DNA from: an uncultured Candidatus Rokubacteria bacterium
GTDB lineage: Bacteria > Methylomirabilota > Methylomirabilia > Rokubacteriales > CSP1-6
NCBI GenBank assembly: GCA_963747235.1
Contig: CAVVEU010000013.1
Span: 256,001 to 320,000 of the forward strand
Direction of reading: 5' to 3'
DNA: 64,000 nt
Shown here: one piece after another, positions 13,201 to 24,295 of the stretch
Numbering within the stretch: position 1 is the stretch's first letter
Layout of the letters: each line of letters starts with the position of its first letter
Notes under the pieces: model-generated
What the model saw: the letters and a program-made list of their open reading frames with translations, nothing else
Databases searched by the model: none
What the model was told of the DNA's origin: nothing
Made by a program: the position numbers and the translations under genes

Positions 13201-13250
13201 CGGCGCAACGCGGCCGCCGCCTGCTGGAAGAGGACGCCGACATCGATCAT
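10222..13250 (-). CDS. treY: Malto-oligosyltrehalose synthase, about 4 frameshifts (~12172, ~11620, ~11110, ~11055)
   Basis: ATYRLQ, SHGYDVTD, DVVPNHMG, NYRRFFD, LRVDHPDGL, KGVEDTAFY, THDTKRGED, PDFYQGTE..SLVDPDNRRPVD pieces spread over four ORFs. Confidence 0.9.
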
Positions 13251-13253
13251 GCG

Positions 13254-13958
13254 CTAGAGGTGGGTCAGGGTCTCCCGCGGATGGGGCTCGCGGTTGCGCA
13301 GGTGCCGCTCGAGGATCTGGCGCGCCAGCGCGCGACCCCCGAGGCCGAAGGCCAGCGCCAGGGCGAAGATCAGGCCGCCGAAGGTGATGCCGAAGGCGAC
13401 CAGCACCATCTCCTTGCCGATGCCCAGGTGGGTGATCGCGGTGGCGCTCGCGAACAGCAGCACGCCCCAGCGGATCGCGCGGGCGAGCAGGCGCGCCTCC
13501 GGGAGGCGCGCATTCACCGCCGCGATCAGCGCGCCCTCGCCCAGGAAGTTGGCCACGAGCCAGCCGACGAGAAGGATCAGGGCCGCGCCCATCACCCGCG
13601 GCACCCACGAGAACATGAACTCGGTGAGGCGCCCGGTGCCGGGAATCGCGAGGGCATCGATGGCCATGGACAGGAAGAGGACGAGGATGCTCCAGAAGAC
13701 GACGAGCCCCAGCACCTGCGACGGGGGTCGTCGGACGCCCGCACGGCTGAGCTGCGAGACGATGCCCCAGCTCTCCGCGCGCCGGTCGAAGGCGACCGCC
13801 TGCGCCACGCGCCGGGTCAGCCGCGCGGCGATCCACGCCCCGGCCAGGCCGACGACGGCCAGGGTCAGCATCGCGAGGATGCCGGGCATCACGAGGACCA
13901 GCCTGGTCTTCAGATCCGCGAGTGCGGCCCACACGAGATCACCCCACATGTCCGTCAT
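13254..13958 (-). CDS. Membrane protein with conserved TM helices (CmpX / MscS-like TM region)
   Basis: Several hydrophobic helices; C-terminal ALALAFGLGGR motif. Confidence 0.7.
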   Translation of the reverse strand: MTDMWGDLVWAALADLKTRLVLVMPGILAMLTLAVVGLAGAWIAARLTRRVAQAVAFDRRAESWGIVSQLSRAGVRRPPSQVLGLVVFWSILVLFLSMAIDALAIPGTGRLTEFMFSWVPRVMGAALILLVGWLVANFLGEGALIAAVNARLPEARLLARAIRWGVLLFASATAITHLGIGKEMVLVAFGITFGGLIFALALAFGLGGRALARQILERHLRNREPHPRETLTHL

Positions 13959-14187
13959 GTTCCGCGCCTCCTTCCGTCCGTTGCGGTGCGGGAATGTCTC
14001 ACGGTATCACGCGTGGAAGGCCGCAGAAAGGCTGCCGGGCGTGGACGGCGCGCCGCCACGTCGGGGTTACCGGCCTCGGTAACGTTTACCGATCCCTCGC
14101 GTGTCCGCTGGAGCCCGCGGCGCGAGGCCGCGCAATCGGGCCCGCGGTTTTTCGAGTGCTTAGCCCCGGCGGCTCGCGAACGGCTCG

Positions 14188-14202
14188 TGGCACAAGGCTT
14201 GC
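14188..14202 (+). promoter_or_regulatory. sigma54 -24/-12 promoter
   Basis: TGGCAC-AAGGC-TTGC, exact consensus, about 60 bp upstream of the PsiE-like gene. Confidence 0.8.
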
Positions 14203-14262
14203 CGATGCCACGGAGCGCCATGTGGCTCGTCGGTGTGCCGACGGGGCGATGGTGAGGCGCCG

Positions 14263-14753
14263 ATGAGTCCCACGGGTCGGGCGCGGCCGGCCGTGCGCGA
14301 GCGCATCGCGCCAGGGGTTCACCCAGGTCGAGGACGTGCTCTACGTGGGGATCGGGGTGATGCTGGCGGCGGGCGCGGTGGGGCTACTCGCTCAACGCGG
14401 GGGTGACGTTCGCGCGCAGCATCGGGGCCGGGGCGATCGGGGGCAGCATCGTGGGGCTGCTGGACCAGCTCCTGCTGATCCTCATGATGATCGAGATCCT
14501 GTACACGGTGCAGGTCTCGTTCCGGGAGCACGTGCTGGTGCCGGAGCCCTTCGTGCTGGTGGCCATGATCGCGGCGGTGCGGCGGATCCTGGTGCTCACC
14601 GCGGAGTTCGGCAAGCTCATGGAGCAGGGCGACCCGGTCTTCCGCTACGCGATGATCGAGCTCGGGCTGCTCACCGTGATGACCGGGGTCATGGTGGCCT
14701 GTCTGGTGGGGCTGCGAAAGCGCGACAAGGCGGTGGTGGCCGAGCGGGCCTGA
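14263..14753 (+). CDS. Phosphate-starvation-inducible E (PsiE) family membrane protein, frameshifted
   Basis: LDQLLLILMMIEILYTV..L.PEPFVLVAMIAAVRRIL; the N-terminus EDVLYVGIGVML is in another frame. Confidence 0.75.
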
Positions 14754-14777
14754 GATGACTCACGAGAGGAGCGGGAC

Positions 14778-15240
14778 ATGAAGATCCAGCAGCTCGACGA
14801 GGTCGAGGGGCGGCGGACGTTCGTGATGGTGTGCGACCGGGGCGACGATCCGGTGGAGGCCCTGACCGCGGCCGCCAAGCGCTTCGATCTCTCCGGTGCC
14901 TCGCTGACCGGGATCGGAGCCTTCTCGGGGGTGACGCTCGGATTCTTCGACCGGGCCCGGCGCGACTATGCTCGCCGGGTCATCCGGGAGCAGGTCGAGG
15001 TGGTCTCGCTGCTCGGCAACGTCGCGCTCGACGGCGGCGAGCCGCGGGTGCACGTCCACGTGGTGGTCGCCCGGTACGACGGGAGCGCCCTCGGGGGCCA
15101 CCTCCTGGGCGGCACCGTGGACCCCACGCTGGAGGTCATGCATCGTCGAGTCGCCCAAGACCCTTCGCCGAAAGACCGACCCGGCCACCGGGTTGGCTCT
15201 TCTCGACGTCGGACTGGAGTCGGTCGTAGTTACACGGTAA
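14778..15240 (+). CDS. PPC/DUF296 domain protein, frameshift near 15140
   Basis: GIGAFS, EVVSLLGNV, HVHVVV, GGHL, TLEV; C-terminus ESPKTLRRKTDPATGLALL in the alternate frame. Confidence 0.85.
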
Positions 15241-15371
15241 TATCTTCCCGACGCTGGGTCTCGGCCCGGCAACTCTAGGCTCTAGTGGATGTTGAGCTGT
15301 ACGCCGTAACCATCAGTGGGATTTACCGTTGTATCAGTTTTGCCGATCGGGGTCCTCCCGGTGGTCTTCGA

Positions 15372-15387
15372 GGGCATATCGCTTGCA
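15372..15387 (+). promoter_or_regulatory. sigma54 -24/-12 promoter
   Basis: GGGCAT-ATCGC-TTGCA (GG-N10-GC) upstream of the sigma54 activator gene. Confidence 0.65.
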
Positions 15388-15459
15388 GCCTAGGCCGCGA
15401 CGACCAAGCCGCTACCGTGAACCTTGAACCCTCGCGCGCTTCCCGAAAAGGGGATGACC

Positions 15460-16831
<1,372 letters not shown>

Positions 16832-16840
16832 GGCAGGACC

Positions 16841-16875
16841 AGGGCGGCGGCGGTCGAATCGTCGCCGCCCTTTTC
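16841..16875 (+). terminator. Intrinsic terminator
   Basis: AGGGCGGCGGCGGT-CGA-ATCGTCGCCGCCCT followed by TTT, just after the stop at 16831. Confidence 0.7.
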
Positions 16876-16924
16876 ATGCGTACGTGACGGCGGCGGTGGG
16901 CCCTTCGGGCGGAGCAGGGAGAGA

Positions 16925-17734
16925 CTAGCGGCGGCGCTCGCCGGCGCGCGGCTGGGCGCCGATCCACACCACCCAGGGGCGGCTGGAGGAGGACTCCTGT
17001 CGGATCTCGACGGGATATCCCTGCTGCTGGATGCTGCTGGCCAGGCGACTGGCCGCTTCACGGTCCGCGAAGGCGGCCGCGGGGGTCCACTCGCGCCCGG
17101 GTTTCCGCTCGGGCGTGGTGTTCAGGACGGCGGCCTGGGGCTGTCGGGGCGACTCAACCGGGCGCCCCGCACGGAGCTCGGGCGCCGGGATGATGGCCGT
17201 TCGCGGTTGCGCCGGCGGCAGGGTCGGGCCCGTCGGCTCGATGGCGGGCGTCGGCAGGTCCGCCACGCTCGGCGCCCGAAACGGCTCACGTGGATCGGTC
17301 GGCCGGACCACGTCCCGGGGATCACCCGGTTTGGCGGACGGCGGGTCGAATACGCGCGGCGCGACGAACGGATCGCGAAGCGACTCGGAGATCGGCGGCG
17401 GCATTCCCTGTGTCCCGTCCGACATGAGCGCGGCGGCGGGCAGCGCCGGCGCGGCGGTCTGGAGCACGCCCCCTACCACGTAGCTCAGGCTGAAGAAGAT
17501 GGCCAGAAACGTGGGGACGAAGGTGGCGGCGGCGATCAGGGGCCCGGGCACCGCGGCCAGGAGCCTCAGGCCAGGGTGCTCGTCCTGCCTGTTGTCGCCC
17601 TGGTCGGCCTCCTCGTCGACCTCGACTCCGTCCTCGGGGAAGACATCCTCGGTGGAGTTGAGGTCCGACGGCTCGGGCCGGGGCTCGTCCTGGATCTCGT
17701 CGTCGGCTTCGTGCTTCTTCAATCGGAGTAGCAT
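16925..17734 (-). CDS. Bitopic membrane protein with Pro-rich linker and C-terminal SPOR-like domain
   Basis: Acidic N-terminus, one TM helix (LIAAATFVPTFLAIFFSL), Pro-rich stretch, AAFADREAASRLASSIQQQGYPVEI..PWVVWIG. Confidence 0.65.
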   Translation of the reverse strand: MLLRLKKHEADDEIQDEPRPEPSDLNSTEDVFPEDGVEVDEEADQGDNRQDEHPGLRLLAAVPGPLIAAATFVPTFLAIFFSLSYVVGGVLQTAAPALPAAALMSDGTQGMPPPISESLRDPFVAPRVFDPPSAKPGDPRDVVRPTDPREPFRAPSVADLPTPAIEPTGPTLPPAQPRTAIIPAPELRAGRPVESPRQPQAAVLNTTPERKPGREWTPAAAFADREAASRLASSIQQQGYPVEIRQESSSSRPWVVWIGAQPRAGERRR

Positions 17735-17748
17735 GCTCTGACTGGCGA

Positions 17749-17763
17749 GCAAGTGACGTGCCA
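17749..17763 (-). promoter_or_regulatory. sigma54 -24/-12 promoter
   Basis: Reverse complement TGGCAC-GTCAC-TTGC; SPOR ATG lies 15 nt downstream. Confidence 0.8.
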
Positions 17764-17886
17764 CCGCGGTCGTCGTGCGAGTCGGTCGTTCGTCGTGCGA
17801 ATAGCCGGCGGAGCACGACGTGCCCGGGGAAGGAATTTCCGACACGCGGTCGGGGAGATGTTTCCCGAGCGAGCAACCGATCGCCC

Positions 17887-17901
17887 TGGCACGCGGGTTG
17901 C
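17887..17901 (+). promoter_or_regulatory. sigma54 -24/-12 promoter
   Basis: TGGCAC-GCGGG-TTGC upstream of the ANTAR gene. Confidence 0.8.
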
Positions 17902-17927
17902 GGCGAGGGCGGCTCAGGGAGGTGCTC

Positions 17928-18662
17928 ATGCGATCGATCCGCAGGATGTTCCAGAATGGCCCGCCGCGCTGGCGCGTGGCAATTCTCGAGTCGGATGCCT
18001 CGTCCCGCGCGATGCTGCGCGCGGCGGTGGAGGACGCGGGCGGCGTGGTGGCGGTCGAGGCTCCGCTGCGGCTCGACGCCGTCGTGGTGATGAGGGAAAC
18101 GCGCCCCGACGTCGTGATCATGGCGCCGAGCTTGTCCGGGACGCGCGAGCCGGCGCTGATGCCGCGTATCACCGCCGAGGTGGACTGTCCGGCGGTGCTG
18201 TTCACGCGGGACACCGATCAAACCGTGGTCAAGCAAGCCAATCGCGCCGGTGTGATGGGCTTCATGCTCAAGCCGCTCCGCGCGGCGGAGGTCGGGCCGA
18301 CGCTCGACCTGGCGCTCGCCCGGTTCCGCGAGATCCGGCGGCTGCAGCAGGCGCGCGCCGAGCGCCCGATCGTGGATCAGGCCAAGGGCAAGCTGATGAG
18401 CGACCGGCAGCTCAGCGAGGCGGAGGCGTTCCGCTGGCTGCGGCGCCAGGCGATGGATTCGCGCCAGCGGCTGGGCGACGTCGCGCGGGAGGTGCTGGCG
18501 GGCGAGCCGGGCGCTGCACGCGCTCCCGGAAGGGGCTCGATGACGCGCCGCGCCTGGAAGGCTTTACACGATCGGCCGGGAAATTCCTACTCGGTGGGGA
18601 CAGTTCGCCTTGCGGCCGACAGTGCGGTCATATGGCGGAGCAACTTGAGAGCGACGGCATGA
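17928..18662 (+). CDS. Pseudo-receiver + ANTAR RNA antiterminator (AmiR/NasT-like); C-terminal end uncertain
   Basis: GGAGG RBS; ERPIVDQAKGKLM..LSEAEAFRWLRRQAMD ANTAR signature; receiver reads PDVVIMA and FMLKP. Confidence 0.85.
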   Translation: MRSIRRMFQNGPPRWRVAILESDASSRAMLRAAVEDAGGVVAVEAPLRLDAVVVMRETRPDVVIMAPSLSGTREPALMPRITAEVDCPAVLFTRDTDQTVVKQANRAGVMGFMLKPLRAAEVGPTLDLALARFREIRRLQQARAERPIVDQAKGKLMSDRQLSEAEAFRWLRRQAMDSRQRLGDVAREVLAGEPGAARAPGRGSMTRRAWKALHDRPGNSYSVGTVRLAADSAVIWRSNLRATA

Positions 18663-18671
18663 CGATCTGGC

Positions 18672-18687
18672 TGGCATGGGCGATGCA
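18672..18687 (+). promoter_or_regulatory. sigma54 -24/-12 promoter
   Basis: TGGCAT-GGGCG-ATGCA ahead of the 18715-22409 operon. Confidence 0.65.
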
Positions 18688-18714
18688 GTTTCATGCCGCA
18701 TGGAGGTGACAGCT

Positions 18715-19054
18715 ATGGAAATGATCGTGGTGGCGACGATGCTGCTCGTGGTCGTGCTCCTGGGAGTCGCTGTCAAGCTCTACGACCTCAAGCGGAAGCG
18801 TGAGGATGAGGCGATCGCGGCCCAGGCCAGGATCTCCGATGCGTTGCTGATGGACGCGACCCTGGCCGGCCTTGCCGCTGACGCCGACCGCGCATCTGCC
18901 GCTCTGGAAGGGCTCGCCGCTCGTCGTCGAGCTCACCGGCGCCGTGCCCAGGGCCGAGCTGCGAGAGGCCGCCGTGGACGTGGCCAGGCGGGAGATGGGT
19001 CGTAGCCGGTCCGACTTTCGGATCGAGGACCGGATCGCGGTCCGCGCGGCCTAG
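18715..19054 (+). CDS. Small membrane-anchored protein with BON-like fold, frameshift near 18872
   Basis: GGAGG RBS; TM helix MEMIVVATMLLVVVLLGVAV; ISDALL..VELTGAVP..AVDVA..IEDRIAV pattern. Confidence 0.55.
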
Positions 19055-19057
19055 CGC

Positions 19058-19690
19058 ATGCGCGTCTCGTATCTGATTCCGCCCTGTCTGATCTCAGTGG
19101 TCCTGGTGGGGCTCGCGGTCCTGGCCCCGGCGCCCGCGCGCGCCGGGGCCCCGACCGACCAGCTCAAGGCCTCGGTCGACCAGATCGTCAAGGTCCTGGA
19201 GGATCCGTCTCTCAAGCCGGAGGCCCGGGGCCGGGAGCGTCGGGCCGCCATCCGCAAGGAGGCCGAGGGCGTCTTCGACTTCACCGAGACGGCCAAGCGC
19301 GCCCTGGGCCGGCACTGGCAGGGACTGGCCGAGAAGGATCGGCAGGAGTTCACCGCGCTCTTCACCGATCTCATCGAGCGGGCCTACATCTCGAAGATCG
19401 AGCGGTACAGCGGGGAGCGCATCGCGTACGCGGGCGAGGCGGTGGACGGCGGCCTCGCGACGGTGCGAACGCGGTTCGTGACCAAGCAGGGCACCGAGGT
19501 CCCGGTGGACTATCGTATGCAGCAGCGGGGCGAGCGGTGGCTCGTGTACGATGTGGCTGTCGAGGGCGTGAGCTTGATCAACAACTACCGGACCCAGTTC
19601 GACAAGATCATCCAGACCTCCTCGTATGCCGAGCTGGTCCGGAAGATGAAGGCGGCCGAGTTCGCCCAGCCGGCCTCCCCGCGGTCGTGA
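19058..19690 (+). CDS. mlaC: MlaC/Ttg2D-family periplasmic lipid-binding protein
   Basis: FDFTETAKRALGRHW, VDYRM, VYDVAVEGVSLINNYRTQF; signal peptide. Confidence 0.88.
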   Translation: MRVSYLIPPCLISVVLVGLAVLAPAPARAGAPTDQLKASVDQIVKVLEDPSLKPEARGRERRAAIRKEAEGVFDFTETAKRALGRHWQGLAEKDRQEFTALFTDLIERAYISKIERYSGERIAYAGEAVDGGLATVRTRFVTKQGTEVPVDYRMQQRGERWLVYDVAVEGVSLINNYRTQFDKIIQTSSYAELVRKMKAAEFAQPASPRS

Positions 19691-20083
19691 GCGCGCGCGT
19701 GTCGCGAGCCGGGCTCGGCCGGCTGCTGGCCGGGGTCGCCGTCGCTGCTGGCCCTCGCGCTGGTGGGAATGGGCGTGGCCCCGGCGGGGGAGCGTCGCGC
19801 CGGCTCGGTCCTCGCGGTGGATCCCCAGGCGCGCACCCTGACCCTCGACGAGTTCGGCGCCAATGCCGAGCGGCGCGCCCTGCGGGTGCAGGTCCCGCGC
19901 GAGGCGGTGGTGCTGCTGTCGCAGCGCAACCAGGCCGGCCGCGACGTGAAGGACAGCTTCCGGGACAGCACGATCACCCTCGCCGACGTGCGCGTGGGCG
20001 ACTTCGTGGTGCTCGAGATGTCGGACGACCCGGAGGTGGCCCGGCTGGTGATGATCACCCTGCGGAGGGGTGCCGGGTCCTAG
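19687..20083 (+). CDS. Small secreted hypothetical protein (OB-fold-like), probable frameshift near the start
   Basis: GSVLAVDPQARTLTL..LADVRVGDFVV; GTG overlaps the mlaC stop. Confidence 0.5.
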
Positions 20084-20102
20084 TGCGAGGGGAGGCCGCC
20101 TG

Positions 20103-22409
20103 ATGGCCGACGGGTGGGGAGGCTGGTTCCACGGCCTTCGTCGGTGGACTCTTCTCGCGGGCGTGCTGCTGGCCATCGTGGTGCTGGTCGGCGGCGGGCT
20201 CGCCATCTACGCGGCGCGCGCGCTCTCGCGGTTCGAGCGGGTGGAGGCGCGTCGCTCCACCGTGCTGTACGCCGCCCCACCCGTGCTCCGGCCGGGTGTG
20301 AACGTGAGCGCGCTCGATCTGGCCGGGATCCTGGGCCGTCAGGGCTATCGCGAGACCCGCAACGCGGGCGCACCCGGCCAGTTCTCCCGCTCGGAGAGCG
20401 CGTGGGAGATCAACGTGGCCGGCGCGGCCCGCGTCACCCTGGCCGTGTCGGGCGGGCGCATCACCCAGCTCCGCCAGGGCGACACCGCGGTCCAGAGCGT
20501 CGCGCTGCCCCCCGAGCTGCTGGCGAGCGCCGGCGCGGACATGGGCGAGAACATCCGCCCGGTGCGCCTGCCCGATGTTCCCCAGCTCCTGCGCGACGCG
20601 GTCCTGGTCACCGAGGACGTGCGCTTCTACGAGCACGGTGGCGTGGACCCTCGCGGCATCGTGCGCGCGCTGTGGACCAATGTCCGGAAGGGCCGGGTCG
20701 CCGAGGGGGGCAGCACCATCACCCAGCAGCTCGTCAAGAGCCGGCTGCTCAACCCGGAGCGCACGCTCGCCCGCAAGATCAACGAGGCGCTGCTGTCGAC
20801 CGCGCTCGAGTGGCGCTACAGCAAGGACCAGATCCTCGAGGCCTACCTCAACGAGATCTATCTGGGGCAATCGGGCGGCTCGGCGGTGCGCGGCGTCGGC
20901 GCCGCCTCGCGGGCCTACTTCGGCAAGGAGGTCCATCAGCTCTCGCTGACGGAGTCCGCACTGCTCGCCGGGATGATCCGCGGCCCCAACAACTACTCGC
21001 CGGTCGCCAATCCCGAGCGGGCGCGCGAGCGGCGCGACGTGGTGCTGACTCGCATGCGCGGCCTCGGCAAGATCTCGGAGGCCGACTACCAGCGCGCGCG
21101 CAAGGAGCCGGTGCGGGCGCGCACGACGCCGGCGAACGGGCTGATGGCGCCGTACTTCGTGGACTACGTGCGCGCCGAGCTCGAGCGGAATGCCGACATC
21201 GACCTGGCCGACCTGCACGGGGTGCGGGTCTACACCACGCTCGATCCGGTGCTGCAGCGCGTGGCCGAGGCCGCGGTGGTGAAGGGCATGGACCGTCTCG
21301 AGACGCTGCGCCCGCGGCTGCGCCGCAAGAATCCGGAGGAGCGCCTGCAGGTGGCGATGATCGTGCTCGACCCGGCCACCGGACAGGTGCGCGCGCTCGT
21401 CGGGGGCCGCGACTACCGGGCGAGCCAGTTCAACCGGGCCGTCCTCGCCCGCCGCCAGCCGGGTAGCGCGTTCAAGCCGTTCGTGTTCCTGGCCGCGCTC
21501 ACGCCGCGGAAGGACGCGAGCCTCTTCACCCCCGCCTCGCTGATCGAGGACGCGCCCATCACGGTGATGGTGGACGGCAAGCCGTGGACGCCCAAGAACT
21601 ACGACGACCGCTACGAAGGGCCGGTCACGGTGCGCCGGGCGCTGGAGGGCTCGCTGAACACCGCGACCGTGCGGGTCGCCCAGGCGGTGGGCCTGCCCGT
21701 GGTCATCGAGACGGCGCGGACGATGGGCATGGAGGTGGATCTCAAGCCGGTGCCCGCGCTCACTCTGGGTGTCTTCGAGATCACGCCGCTGGCGCTCGCG
21801 CGCGCGTACCTGCCGCTGGCCAACGGGGGCCTGGCGCCGTCCGGCGGCGGGGTGGTGGAGACGGTCGCCGACGAGGGCGGGCGCGCGCTCTGGAGCGCGA
21901 GCCGCGAGACGCGCCCGGTGATCGGCGCGCCCGAGGCCTTCCTGGTCACCTCGCTGCTGGAGGGCGTGGTCAACGTGGGGACCGCGGCTTCCGCGCGCGC
22001 GGCGGGGGTGCCCGGCGCGGTGGCCGGCAAGACGGGGACGACCAACGAGGGCCGGGACGCCTGGTTCGTCGGCTACTCGCCCAACCTGCTCGCGCTCGTC
22101 TGGGTGGGCTTCGACGACGGCACGCCGGCCGGGCTATCCGGGTCGGAGGGCGCGCTGCCGATCTGGTCCGAGTTCATGCGACAGGCGCTCGACATCTACC
22201 CGGGTGGCGCGTTCCCGGAGCCGGCCGGCATCACCCACGCGAAGGTGGACGTGACCACCGGCCGCCGGGCCACCGCGTTCTGCCCACTCGTCGCGACCGA
22301 GGTGTTCCTGGCCGGCAGCGAGCCGCCGCCGTGCGAGGAGCATGGCGGGAGCGTCACGGAGCAGGTCGAACGCTGGTGGGATAAGGTCCGGGGCTGGTTC
22401 GGAAAGTAG
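20103..22409 (+). CDS. Class A penicillin-binding protein (PBP1B-like transglycosylase-transpeptidase)
   Basis: TEDVRFYEH.G, GGSTITQQLVK, RKINEA, KDQILEAYLN; SAFK, SLN, KTGT motifs. Confidence 0.92.
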   Translation: MADGWGGWFHGLRRWTLLAGVLLAIVVLVGGGLAIYAARALSRFERVEARRSTVLYAAPPVLRPGVNVSALDLAGILGRQGYRETRNAGAPGQFSRSESAWEINVAGAARVTLAVSGGRITQLRQGDTAVQSVALPPELLASAGADMGENIRPVRLPDVPQLLRDAVLVTEDVRFYEHGGVDPRGIVRALWTNVRKGRVAEGGSTITQQLVKSRLLNPERTLARKINEALLSTALEWRYSKDQILEAYLNEIYLGQSGGSAVRGVGAASRAYFGKEVHQLSLTESALLAGMIRGPNNYSPVANPERARERRDVVLTRMRGLGKISEADYQRARKEPVRARTTPANGLMAPYFVDYVRAELERNADIDLADLHGVRVYTTLDPVLQRVAEAAVVKGMDRLETLRPRLRRKNPEERLQVAMIVLDPATGQVRALVGGRDYRASQFNRAVLARRQPGSAFKPFVFLAALTPRKDASLFTPASLIEDAPITVMVDGKPWTPKNYDDRYEGPVTVRRALEGSLNTATVRVAQAVGLPVVIETARTMGMEVDLKPVPALTLGVFEITPLALARAYLPLANGGLAPSGGGVVETVADEGGRALWSASRETRPVIGAPEAFLVTSLLEGVVNVGTAASARAAGVPGAVAGKTGTTNEGRDAWFVGYSPNLLALVWVGFDDGTPAGLSGSEGALPIWSEFMRQALDIYPGGAFPEPAGITHAKVDVTTGRRATAFCPLVATEVFLAGSEPPPCEEHGGSVTEQVERWWDKVRGWFGK

Positions 22410-22425
22410 CGGGCCGGGTCGGGGG

Positions 22426-22740
22426 CTAGACCGCGAGGACGCGGCCGAAGCGGCGCAGGCGATCCTGGATGTCCCCCATGAAGAGGAAGGCCAGGCCGTC
22501 GGAGTCCTGCCGCCACACCAGCGCCGGCACGTTGAACGGCGACCCGTCGGGCGGCCGGAACCGGAGCTGAGCCGGCGTCCCGATGTCGATCCGCTCCTTG
22601 GGCCTCACCTTGGCCCCGCGGGCCGAGATGTCCACCGTCTGGAGGAGGAAGCGGCGCTTGCCGGCCTCCACGACGACGAGCCAGGAGACGTCGGTGCGCG
22701 GGTGGCGACGGCGGTCGGCGGCGTGCTTGGTGTTGATCAT
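22426..22740 (-). CDS. Stand-alone PilZ domain protein
   Basis: RRRHPR (RxxxR) and DISARG (DxSxxG) c-di-GMP motifs. Confidence 0.88.
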   Translation of the reverse strand: MINTKHAADRRRHPRTDVSWLVVVEAGKRRFLLQTVDISARGAKVRPKERIDIGTPAQLRFRPPDGSPFNVPALVWRQDSDGLAFLFMGDIQDRLRRFGRVLAV

Positions 22741-22752
22741 GCCGGGGTACGA

Positions 22753-22767
22753 GCAATCTGCGTGCCT
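22753..22767 (-). promoter_or_regulatory. sigma54 -24/-12 promoter
   Basis: Reverse complement AGGCAC-GCAGA-TTGC; PilZ ATG is 13 nt downstream. Confidence 0.7.
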
Positions 22768-22887
22768 CGGCGAGATGCGCGCCAGATCAGGGACTTGAAT
22801 CCATGTTAGCCCCACGGCGGACCGTCAAGTCGGTGTCGTGACGCTGACAGTGTTCGCCGGCTGCCAAAGCGTGTACAGTCGGGGGCC

Positions 22888-24264
22888 ATGAGCGCGGCGA
22901 CGGCCGAGGTCGTGATCTGCGGGGCGGGCATGGCCGGGATCGCCGCCGCGTATCACCTGGCGGTCCGCCGCGGCATCGGGGGGGTCGTGCTGGTGGACGA
23001 GCGCCCCGCGCTCTCGCTCACCAGCGACAAGTCCGCCGAGTCCTACCGCAACTGGTGGCCGGGGCCGGGCGATTCGATGGTCGCCCTGATGAACCGCAGC
23101 ATCGACCTCATGGAAGAGCTCGCGGCCGAGAGCGGCAACGTGTTCCTTATGAACCGGCGCGGCTATCTCTTCGCCACCGCGCAGCCCGAGCAGGTCGACC
23201 GCTACGTGCGAGCCGCGGAGGAAGCGGCCGGGTTCGGCGCCGGGCCCGTTCGCATGCACGGCTCGTCCGCGGACACCTATCAGCCGGCCCCCGCGATGGG
23301 ATACGAGAAGCAGCCCATCGGCACCGACGTCATCACCGACTCAAGCCTGATCCGCCGCCACTTCCCGTACCTGGCCGCGGACACGGTGGCGCTGCTGCAC
23401 GCGCGCCGCTGCGGCTGGTTCAGCGGCCAGCAGCTCGGGATGTACATGCTCGAGCGCGCGCGGGACAAGGGCGTCCGCCTGATCGACGGGCGCGTGGAGG
23501 GCGTGGAGACGGCGGGCGGGCGGGTGACCGGTGTGGTGGTGAGCGGGCGCGACGGCACCCGCACGATCGGGACTCCGCGCTTCGTGAACGCGGCGGGACC
23601 CTTCCTCAAGGACGTGGGCCGGCTGCTCGGCATCGAGCTGCCCGTGTTCTGCGAGCGCCACGCCAAGGTCGCGTTCCACGACACGCTGGGCGTGGTGCCG
23701 CGTCACGCGCCGATGATGATCTGGACGGATCCGGTGCGGCTACCGTGGTCGGACGACGAGCGCGTGGAGCTCGGCGAGGCCGAGGCGCTTCGGCATCTGC
23801 TGGACGAGATGCCCGCCGGCGTGCACGGGCGGCCCGAGGGTGGGGGAGACAGCCCGATCATGCTCGGGGTGTGGACCTACCACGCCGAGCCGATGGAGGC
23901 GCGCTTCCCGATCGAGTTCGATCCGGCTCACGCGGAGATCGTGATCCGCGGCCTGACGCGCCCGCTGCCCGGCCTCGCCGCCTACCTGCCACGCTTGCCG
24001 AAGTGCTTCGTGGACGGGGGCTACTACACCAAGACGCAGGAGAACCGCTTCCTGTCGTGCCCGCTGCCGCTCGAGGGCGCCTACGTCCTGGGCGGCCTCT
24101 CCGGCTACGGGATGATGTCCTCCAACGGCGCCGCCGATCTGCTCGCCGACTACATCGCGGAGCGACCGCTGCCCCACTACGCCCCCGCGTTCCACCTCGA
24201 CCGCTACAAGGACCCCACGTACCAGAAGCTCCTGGACAACTGGGGCGACTCCGGCCAGCTCTAG
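22888..24264 (+). CDS. FAD-dependent oxidoreductase (DAO / sarcosine oxidase family)
   Basis: VVICGAGMAG, FVNAAGP, GLSGYGMM. Confidence 0.85.
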   Translation: MSAATAEVVICGAGMAGIAAAYHLAVRRGIGGVVLVDERPALSLTSDKSAESYRNWWPGPGDSMVALMNRSIDLMEELAAESGNVFLMNRRGYLFATAQPEQVDRYVRAAEEAAGFGAGPVRMHGSSADTYQPAPAMGYEKQPIGTDVITDSSLIRRHFPYLAADTVALLHARRCGWFSGQQLGMYMLERARDKGVRLIDGRVEGVETAGGRVTGVVVSGRDGTRTIGTPRFVNAAGPFLKDVGRLLGIELPVFCERHAKVAFHDTLGVVPRHAPMMIWTDPVRLPWSDDERVELGEAEALRHLLDEMPAGVHGRPEGGGDSPIMLGVWTYHAEPMEARFPIEFDPAHAEIVIRGLTRPLPGLAAYLPRLPKCFVDGGYYTKTQENRFLSCPLPLEGAYVLGGLSGYGMMSSNGAADLLADYIAERPLPHYAPAFHLDRYKDPTYQKLLDNWGDSGQL

Positions 24265-24295
24265 GTTCCCCCGGGGGCCTTTATCGACCTCCGGG

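Noticed and set aside
10222-13932. 1236-aa ORF and other very long ORFs (7200-10355, 49874-53161, 12195-14255) as real proteins
   Set aside because: Shadow or chimeric frames caused by high GC and indels; the recognisable segments belong to treY, treZ or the FecR genes.
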